This document shows positions 1 through 12,965 of a DNA stretch of 32,000 bases, one piece after another. The notes under the pieces are model-generated. The model was not told where the DNA came from and did not search any database. It saw only the letters and a list, made by a program, of their open reading frames with translations. Made by a program: the position numbers and the translations under genes. The DNA is taken from the sequence record OZ374479.1; one strand, given 5' to 3'. The first letter of the stretch is position 1; each line of letters begins with the position of its first letter.

Positions 1-2092
<2,092 letters not shown>

Positions 2093-2172
2093 TTTTGTTT
2101 TGTGTATCGAAATAACCGCAATTCTGATATGCCTTCATGCACGCAAGCAATGCTTGGGTGACGAGGCTTGGC

Positions 2173-2245
2173 TGGAGGTAAGCGGACTCGAACCGCTGGC
2201 GTCTGCCTTGCAAAGGCAGCGCTCTACCAACTGAGCTATACCCCC
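2173..2245 (-). tRNA. trnA: tRNA-Ala (anticodon UGC), intronless
   Basis: The reverse complement reads GGGGGTATAGCTCAGTTGGTAGAGCGCTGCCTTTGCAAGGCAGACGCCAGCGGTTCGAGTCCGCTTACCTCCA. It folds into a full cloverleaf with anticodon loop TTTGCAA and a TTCGAGT T-loop. Confidence 0.95.
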
Positions 2246-2251
2246 GTGCCA

Positions 2252-2325
<74 letters not shown>

Positions 2326-2398
2326 GTAGCGTGGTGCATCTGTCACTTTCATCAGGCAAGCCTCATGCAGCAGCAAATGCGCGCTTTATTCATCTTTA

Positions 2399-3892
<1,494 letters not shown>

Positions 3893-4043
3893 TGTTTGAG
3901 AAGATTAGAAAAACCAATGCTTCCATGAAAGAGTATAGCGTGCATATGAAGAAGCACCTGCTGTCTGCCTCTTTCCCATAACATCAAATCAGACGGCACT
4001 CAGAATAGGCACCGCACATTAGCTATGCACCTGCACGACAGGT

Positions 4044-4067
4044 ACCACGGGAGGCACCATGGGAGGC
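4044..4067. repeat. 12-nt tandem duplication ACCACGGGAGGC / ACCATGGGAGGC in the GC-rich spacer upstream of rrs
   Basis: Read directly: two adjacent 12-mers differing at one position. Confidence 0.8.
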
Positions 4068-4179
4068 ACAGAAACTTCTGTGCGATAAGTCCCTACTTCC
4101 GGCATCACCGGTCGGAACTCTTCTGGGACCGATGTACCCGAACCCGGTCCCGATCCGGGTGTACCAGACCCAAACTTAC

Positions 4180-4198
4180 GGAGTAACTTTTTTACTCC
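4180..4198 (-). terminator. 3' stem-loop downstream of ORF173 (7-bp stem GGAGTAA/TTACTCC, 5-nt loop)
   Basis: Perfect inverted repeat at 4180-4186 / 4192-4198, 13 nt past the ORF173 stop. Plastid 3' inverted repeats usually act as RNA-end or stability elements. Confidence 0.5.
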
Positions 4199-4210
4199 TT
4201 GTTTAGTTTT

Positions 4211-4732
4211 TTAGTACGCGTAGGAGTAAGGTCGAATCTGGTGTCCCAGCGTGTGCCCCGAAGTTTCTAAAAGCGTCGCTCCACTCAGCACACCAATAGA
4301 AAAAGATTTCCACTGCGTCGCATTCATTGTAATAAACGTTGAAGGCGGTGTAAATACTTCCGACTCGCCTTCTGATCGTACAGTTACATTTGGATTTGGG
4401 GACATAACGTTCTCCTGTTGCGAACGAAGCCCGTTTATTTCTCGCGTAAGACCAGCATTCTCTTCCACGAGAGAGAAGTTCAGTTGACGCGCATTGTGTT
4501 CCACAGCTTTTAAGACCAAATTTTGGAATTTATAACGTACTAATTGCTGCTGGATTGTAGCAATTTGGTCTAAGTCACTCTGGTGCTGTTCAGCAGCCGA
4601 AGCTGAATATTGTCGGGCAAAATCTAAAAAGGTATTTACAGGTCCTGGTAAATTTTGTGTACGACGTACTGATTCTAAATATGCATTGAAATGGTTCTCT
4701 GTAAGCATAGTTTCAAGGGTATATATATCCAA
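4211..4732 (-). CDS. Hypothetical protein ORF173 (165 aa if started at the first ATG, 4708). Coiled-coil-like, paralog of ORF284, no family recognised.
   Basis: Open frame whose track start at 4732 is TTG; the first ATG is at 4708. It shares three blocks with ORF284: IYTxE..FNxxL, TFxxFARxY, EEN/EQN..L..E.NxLxS, and TQWxSFxxGVLxG. Conserved residues use different synonymous codons in the two copies. It has its own 3' hairpin. Confidence 0.55.
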   Translation of the reverse strand: MDIYTLETMLTENHFNAYLESVRRTQNLPGPVNTFLDFARQYSASAAEQHQSDLDQIATIQQQLVRYKFQNLVLKAVEHNARQLNFSLVEENAGLTREINGLRSQQENVMSPNPNVTVRSEGESEVFTPPSTFITMNATQWKSFSIGVLSGATLLETSGHTLGHQIRPYSYAY

Positions 4733-4740
4733 GTAAAAAT

Positions 4741-4829
4741 ACCTGGCAGCGTTTTAGTGAGCATGTTTCTTCCGGTCCCAAGCACGAATACTTGGCAGCT
4801 TTTAACGACCATTGTTCTTCCGGTCCATC
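4741..4829. repeat. Diverged direct repeat, two ~40-nt units (4741-4780 and 4790-4829), in the ORF284-ORF173 spacer
   Basis: The units are ACCTGGCAGCGTTTTAGTGAGCATGTTTCTTCCGGTCC and ACTTGGCAGC-TTTTAACGACCATTGTTCTTCCGGTCC, roughly 80% identical by eye. Both end in TTCTTCCGGTCC. Confidence 0.75.
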
Positions 4830-4947
4830 ATTACGATAATGAATAATCAGATAAAAATAAATTTATTTTATAATAAAATACAATCCAAAAGGCAACAATA
4901 TAGCACCTTTAATATTTATTTTTTAAAAAATAAATAACGACGGCCGC

Positions 4948-4977
4948 AAGCTTTCCGCACTTTATCGCGGAAAGCTT
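4948..4977 (-). terminator. 3' stem-loop downstream of ORF284 (perfect 11-bp stem, 8-nt loop)
   Basis: AAGCTTTCCGC (4948-4958) pairs with GCGGAAAGCTT (4967-4977), 7 nt past the ORF284 stop codon (4985-4987). Confidence 0.6.
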
Positions 4978-4984
4978 TACATCA

Positions 4985-5839
4985 TTACACCCCTGTATCC
5001 ATTTGTGGGTACGTTAGCTTTACAGTTTCAACACTTACTACAGCGGTATGTGTTTTTTTTGCTGTTTCGTTGGGTAATAACTCTGATGGAAATGAAGGTG
5101 GAGGTCCAGGCTTCCCATTTTTACCTACGCACTTTTTTGCAAAGTGACAGACTATGTTCCGTACCGGTTGGTAGCTTGTAAATTGCTCGACAACTTGCTC
5201 CCCCACTAAGACACCTACTCCAAAAGATGCCCATTGGGTTTTCCCCCAGTTTATAGAATTGAGAATATTGGGCTTGCTATAACGACTCTCGAACTCTGAG
5301 AGTCGTGATTGCAAGCGATTGTTTTGTTCGTGCAAGCGAACGTTTTGTTCAAAAGTGGTCTCGAGACGATTTTCCAAGAGTTCGAAATTATCCTCCAGCA
5401 ATTTTTTTGATACTAAGGCCGCGTGTAGATCGGCCTGTAGATTTGTTTCAATTGCGAATTCCCGCGCTGAGTGTCCTACGCGATCAATAAACCGTTTGTC
5501 CTTCAACTGCTTCTTTACAATGCAATTAACATTGTCGCGAAAAGTCAGAATTGAGATTTTTTGACGGGCATCAGCTTTAAAAGCAGTCATATCATTTAAA
5601 CAATCCTGCAGTTCTGATTGAAGATCAACTACCGTAACACTTTCGGCTAGTAAACGTTGTGTTTTAAAGTCGTTACGCTCGTTTAATGCTTGCATATAAT
5701 CCCGTGCAAAGGTAAAAAACGTTTGAATCGAAGGTGAAATCGGTCGATTACTGTGTGATTCCTGAGCTTGAGCTAGTAAGTGGTTAAATCGCTCCTTAGT
5801 GTATATGATTAATAAAGTCCCATGAATTAAATACGCCAT
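4985..5839 (-). CDS. Hypothetical protein ORF284. Coiled-coil-like, paralog of ORF173, no family recognised.
   Basis: ATG start verified (CAT at 5837-5839). 284-aa open frame with heptad-like Q/E/L/N-rich stretches (LEDNFELLENRLETTFEQNVRLHEQNNRLQSRLSEFESRY). It shares N-terminal, coiled-coil and C-terminal blocks with ORF173, and is followed by a strong 3' hairpin. Confidence 0.55.
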   Translation of the reverse strand: MAYLIHGTLLIIYTKERFNHLLAQAQESHSNRPISPSIQTFFTFARDYMQALNERNDFKTQRLLAESVTVVDLQSELQDCLNDMTAFKADARQKISILTFRDNVNCIVKKQLKDKRFIDRVGHSAREFAIETNLQADLHAALVSKKLLEDNFELLENRLETTFEQNVRLHEQNNRLQSRLSEFESRYSKPNILNSINWGKTQWASFGVGVLVGEQVVEQFTSYQPVRNIVCHFAKKCVGKNGKPGPPPSFPSELLPNETAKKTHTAVVSVETVKLTYPQMDTGV

Positions 5840-5908
5840 TTATAATGGCGTTTGCGATTATTCTCTATGCGTCAATCCAGAGTGGTATATTTCTTAGTGT
5901 GGGTGAGA

Positions 5909-5946
5909 GAAGTGGTCGTGCTCCTAATAGGAGCATTGACCACTTC
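5909..5946 (-). terminator. psbC 3' stem-loop (9 + 8 bp with a 1-nt bulge, AAT loop)
   Basis: GAAGTGGTC-GTGCTCCT-AAT-AGGAGCAT-T-GACCACTTC, located 67 nt downstream of the psbC stop. Confidence 0.65.
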
Positions 5947-6012
5947 ATACGCCCATTAATATAGCAGGACTTGGTTCAACCAGTCAAGCTAAAAGAGCAG
6001 GGCCGGGTTCAA

Positions 6013-8449
<2,437 letters not shown>

Positions 8450-8686
8450 CTAATTTCTCTATCATCATTTCAGTAGTGTATAATATGCTCGTTAGAACGA
8501 CGCAAAACATATACCCGCTGCATTTTCCTACTATCTATATTCTACCGGATTTGCATCCACGGATACAAGTAATTCTTTATTAATATGATTAATTTCCCAA
8601 GATTGATCGGGTAACACCACAAGGAAAACAAGCTTTTATAGGAACTACTATGAATCTTTTTTTAGTATACGCCGCGCAGAACGCGC

Positions 8687-8710
8687 ACGGGCTATATGTA
8701 CCTAGCCCGT
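8687..8710 (-). terminator. rps2 3' stem-loop (8-bp stem ACGGGCTA/TAGCCCGT, 8-nt loop)
   Basis: Perfect inverted repeat 27 nt downstream of the rps2 stop. Confidence 0.5.
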
Positions 8711-8736
8711 TACATTAGCCCACATGGATTACTTCC

Positions 8737-9393
8737 TTAATCAGCAACTAAGCAATCAAGAATAAGTTCCACAGAACGTGTTGAATCATCATTCGCAGTA
8801 ATCCCATATGTTGACATGGTTGGATCACAATTTGAATCAAGTAATGTAATTGTTTGAATACCTAATTTGTGACATTCTTGTACAGCATTTTTTTCGTAGG
8901 GCTGTCCAACAATAACAACAAGATCGGGTAACACAGTTAAATCACGTAACCCACCAAAAAACTTCTCTAAACGTGCACGTTGTTTTTTTAACTGAAGGAT
9001 ATCCTTTTTCGAAAAACCATCAACTTGCGCACTATCATTTAATTGACGGTCTAAGCGATTTAATTTTTGTAAACACATTGACATTGTTTTCCAATTGGTA
9101 AGAAGTCCACCAACCCAACGTGTATTCACATAATGCCCATTACATTTCTTTGCCGTTTGCTCAATGATTGGAGCAATTTGTGTACGTGTGCCAACAAATA
9201 ATACATTTTTAGCACGCTTTAAAATAGGACGTGTTTTTTCTAAATCATCAAGTGTTTGCACAAGATCAAGAATATGTACACCATTTTTTGTTTCATAAAT
9301 GTACGGTGCCATTTTTGAATTCCAACGACTCACTTGGTGACCAAAATGTACACCAGCTTCTAAAAGCGCTTCTAATTTATTCATATAACTCAT
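8737..9393 (-). CDS. rps2: Ribosomal protein S2
   Basis: Carries the S2 signature ..LEALLEAGVHFGHQVSRWNSKMAPYIYETKNGVHILDL... The start is ambiguous: ATG at 9393 (MSYMNK) or 9384 (MNK). The track start at 9447 adds a non-conserved extension. Confidence 0.9.
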   Translation of the reverse strand: MSYMNKLEALLEAGVHFGHQVSRWNSKMAPYIYETKNGVHILDLVQTLDDLEKTRPILKRAKNVLFVGTRTQIAPIIEQTAKKCNGHYVNTRWVGGLLTNWKTMSMCLQKLNRLDRQLNDSAQVDGFSKKDILQLKKQRARLEKFFGGLRDLTVLPDLVVIVGQPYEKNAVQECHKLGIQTITLLDSNCDPTMSTYGITANDDSTRSVELILDCLVAD

Positions 9394-9566
9394 TTCGATA
9401 TAAAAAAAATTAACATTCACATAGTTTACGAGACCTATAGGTATCACATAAACCTTAGCTATAGTGTATCAAAAAGGCATACACTTGTATATATTTCCCC
9501 CCCATGCACGCATGCTCCCACACAATGTCAATGAAGTCTTGGGAACATGCACATGTATATCACATA

Positions 9567-12500
9567 CTAGACATATAAACCTGTACCAGCTGGGATTAAG
9601 CGACCAAGAATAACATTCTCTTTAAGACCTGTTAACCAGTCAATACGACCCTCAACAGCAGCACGTGTTAAAACACGTTTCGTTTCTTGGAAACTAGCTG
9701 CCGCAATAAAACTCTCTGCAGCTAATGATGCACGTGTAATCCCAAGTAAAATTGGTCGGTATTGCACTGGGGCAACTCCCTCTTTTCCACCAAAATGTTC
9801 CACACGTCGTAAATCAATAATATCACCAGGTAATAAATTTGTTTCACCTGGGTCAATAATAAGCACATATGTTGTCATCTGACGAACAATAATTTCAATA
9901 TGTTTATCAGAAATAAATACACCTTGTGAACCATATACAGCTTGTACTTCATTTACCAAGAGACGGCGGATTTTTTGTAAACTACGGCGGCAGCCTTCGC
10001 GAATTCCATATGCCTTGGAGTATAGTAAAAAAAGTGTCGCCAATTGGGCATGTACACTCGATAAAATTTTCTCTACTGGTTCGCGCGCTTCTAATAATTC
10101 ATCCACTTTTGGAAGCCCTTGAACAATATCACCCGCTGTCGATTCCAGTGACACTAGTGTACCGAATGGGAGATTTTTTTGAATTAAATCACCATGGTTT
10201 ACAAATAATGACGACCCATGGGACATGGCATATGGATAAACCCGACGAATAATCATGTGTGTTGGATTAATATGAATGACTTGACCTGCATAAGGACTTT
10301 TGATCCCATCAAGAATTTCATCTCCAACACGAATATAAGAACCAACGGAAATACGACATTTTTTGCCATGTCGTGTAAACGCATGTTGATTAAACTTAGT
10401 AATTGCTAATTCTGGAAGGCGAATTTCGCCCTCAACTGAGTATAAAAAATTCGCTACTTCTTCTACATAATTACTTGATAATGCTGTCATATGTGGATTC
10501 CAGCGAGCTTGAGCAGCATAATGCGTTGGTGTCCATGCAGATCCACTTATAGTGGATGCATGGGTAAAGTGTGGAAAACGCATTGGGAAACTAAAATTCT
10601 GTTTCATTTCAGCAAAATATGTAGGGAACAGAGAACATAAACGTGCTGTATGCCAAAAAACATCTTGGGTTACATAACATTTATGTACTTCTATACTCGG
10701 GAATGTTTGATACATTTGCGACCAATGTTTATAAGGCGTTGACAATACCACAGGCATATGACTTTCCACAGAAAACATTTGAGCCTGTTTCATACGCTTT
10801 GGAGAAACAGACACCGAGGATATTGGTGCACACTGACGTACAAGTGCATCGGTAGAAGATGCACGGAAAAATTGTTTCCCGCGAACACGTCGAGGTGTAA
10901 CGGCCCAACGCACCATATGTCGTGCCGTTGTTGTTGCAAGACGAGCACACCCTACTATACATCCCACTTTTGGTAAATGACCTAACTTTTGCCAAGCTGA
11001 TGTGAAAGTACCTGATGAAAGCCATGTATTCTCTGATCGGCGTACAACACGTGGAATCTGATACTCAGTTTCAGTCTGACCTAAAACACTTTTGATTGCT
11101 GTTGAGGTATAGTCAGATAAAACCACTGTTGCTGCAGTATATGGCGCCTCCGTTAGTGCAATCCCAGAAAACATCTGATGCTGAGCCAATTGGTGTGTTT
11201 CCTGTAACCATGCTTTTTTAGCTCGAGTACATGGTTGATTTTGGCGTACACGTAAGGGACAATGGTACATCAGTAATTTTTGTGAAGCAGACGAATAGAT
11301 TGGCGAGGTTTCGGTGACTTTCGTATGTAATGGCTGCTTCTCAGCTGCAGGCAAAGGTGAATACGTCGATGTAAAGTTTAAAGGTTGAAAATCTTGATGG
11401 AAATAATCACCTGGAAAACTCACGTTATTCTTCAAATGTTGACCTGAAAGAAGCCAAATAAACCCATATCCAAATACATGGTTTTTTGTTTTTTGAACAA
11501 CCTTACCTTCGTCAATAAGAAGCTCTTTTGGAAACGGTGTTGGGATTGGTTCTGCTTCTTGTTTACCCTTTGGTTTTTCTTGCACAGGTTGCTTTGGCAC
11601 ATATACTTTTACATTATCAAAGTAAATTTGACCACTATCTGGTGCAACAAGTTCTTTTTCCCCCACTGTCATATCTTTCGTGGAATCAGCTAACTGTGTG
11701 TCCGCATCAACACGTGATAATTCGGCAAGACTTTGATGAAACATCACATATTGACCAGGGTATACAAAAAGAAGTGTAAATGCAGGGAAATGTAAAATGA
11801 CAGATTTTAAACGGTCAGGGCGTTGAATTTTAATCGCAACTGGGATCACAGTTAAAAAAGCAGGTTCTCCATAGCGACTAATAACTTTACGACCACGCGG
11901 AACACCACTATACGAGATTACACCTGAATAAGGTGCATACACTTTTTCAGTCGCTTCTCCAGCAAATACACCACCAGTGTGGAACGTACGCATAGTTAAT
12001 TGCGTTCCTGGTTCACCAATGGACTGCGCAGCAAGAACACCCACTGCTTCCCCTAATTGAACAAGTTTATGTTTCGATAAATCCCATCCATAACATAACT
12101 GGCAGACTGCATTTAAGCGGCATGTTAATGGTGAACGAACAACGACTTTCGGAAAAGTAACCAATTGTTTGGCAAGGGCTGGTGAAATTTCGGTATTTTT
12201 TCGGGCCACATATTTACCCGTGTGTTCATGGACTACGGATTGTAATAAGACTCGACCAATAATGTTGGCACAACCATGTTTTGGTGAAGGCTCTACTTCT
12301 AAACCTTCATTAGTCCCACAGTCAAATTGTTGAATAATAACACTTTGTGCTACATCAACTAAACGACGAGTTAAATACCCAGAATTTGCTGTACGCAAAG
12401 CAGTATCAACTAAACCTTTCCGTGCTCCATAACAAGAAATCATATATTCTGTTACAGTTAAACCTTCACGAAAATTACGTCGGATAGGAAAATCTAAAAT

Positions 12501-12965
12501 TTGACCCTGTTGATCGGCCATAAGACCACGCATTCCAACAAGTTGACGTACTTGTGAAATATTTCCACGTGCGCCAGAAAAAGCCATCATATAAACAGGG
12601 TTAAAAATATCTGTTTGACGGAAATGTGCAATCACTTCATTTTTTAATGTGTCATTGGTAGTATTCCAAATATCAAGTGCTTTTTCTAAACGTTCTACGG
12701 CTGTAATTTGTCCACGGGTATAACGTAAATCATTATCTAAAATATCTTTTTCTGCATTTTTTAGAAATACAGATTTAATCGGTGGGATACGTAAATCATC
12801 AATACCTAATGAAATACCGGCTGTTGTGGCTGAGTGAAAACCAAGTGTTTTTAAATGATCTACAAAACGGGTTGCTTTTTGCGTCCCATAGTTGAGTAAG
12901 ACCCATTTAATTAAACGTTTCATTTCACTTTTATCAACCGTTCGGTTACAAAAAAAGGTTTTCAT
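9567..12965 (-). CDS. rpoC2: RNA polymerase beta'' subunit (1132 aa)
   Basis: N-terminus FCNRTVDKSEMKRLIKWVLLNYG..LGFHSATTAGISLGIDDL; C-terminus ..SFQETKRVLTRAAVEGRIDWLTGLKENVILGRLIPAGTGL. The central ~500 aa are poorly conserved, as is usual for rpoC2. ATG verified. It overlaps the rpoC1 end by 20 nt. Confidence 0.93.
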   Translation of the reverse strand: MKTFFCNRTVDKSEMKRLIKWVLLNYGTQKATRFVDHLKTLGFHSATTAGISLGIDDLRIPPIKSVFLKNAEKDILDNDLRYTRGQITAVERLEKALDIWNTTNDTLKNEVIAHFRQTDIFNPVYMMAFSGARGNISQVRQLVGMRGLMADQQGQILDFPIRRNFREGLTVTEYMISCYGARKGLVDTALRTANSGYLTRRLVDVAQSVIIQQFDCGTNEGLEVEPSPKHGCANIIGRVLLQSVVHEHTGKYVARKNTEISPALAKQLVTFPKVVVRSPLTCRLNAVCQLCYGWDLSKHKLVQLGEAVGVLAAQSIGEPGTQLTMRTFHTGGVFAGEATEKVYAPYSGVISYSGVPRGRKVISRYGEPAFLTVIPVAIKIQRPDRLKSVILHFPAFTLLFVYPGQYVMFHQSLAELSRVDADTQLADSTKDMTVGEKELVAPDSGQIYFDNVKVYVPKQPVQEKPKGKQEAEPIPTPFPKELLIDEGKVVQKTKNHVFGYGFIWLLSGQHLKNNVSFPGDYFHQDFQPLNFTSTYSPLPAAEKQPLHTKVTETSPIYSSASQKLLMYHCPLRVRQNQPCTRAKKAWLQETHQLAQHQMFSGIALTEAPYTAATVVLSDYTSTAIKSVLGQTETEYQIPRVVRRSENTWLSSGTFTSAWQKLGHLPKVGCIVGCARLATTTARHMVRWAVTPRRVRGKQFFRASSTDALVRQCAPISSVSVSPKRMKQAQMFSVESHMPVVLSTPYKHWSQMYQTFPSIEVHKCYVTQDVFWHTARLCSLFPTYFAEMKQNFSFPMRFPHFTHASTISGSAWTPTHYAAQARWNPHMTALSSNYVEEVANFLYSVEGEIRLPELAITKFNQHAFTRHGKKCRISVGSYIRVGDEILDGIKSPYAGQVIHINPTHMIIRRVYPYAMSHGSSLFVNHGDLIQKNLPFGTLVSLESTAGDIVQGLPKVDELLEAREPVEKILSSVHAQLATLFLLYSKAYGIREGCRRSLQKIRRLLVNEVQAVYGSQGVFISDKHIEIIVRQMTTYVLIIDPGETNLLPGDIIDLRRVEHFGGKEGVAPVQYRPILLGITRASLAAESFIAAASFQETKRVLTRAAVEGRIDWLTGLKENVILGRLIPAGTGLYV

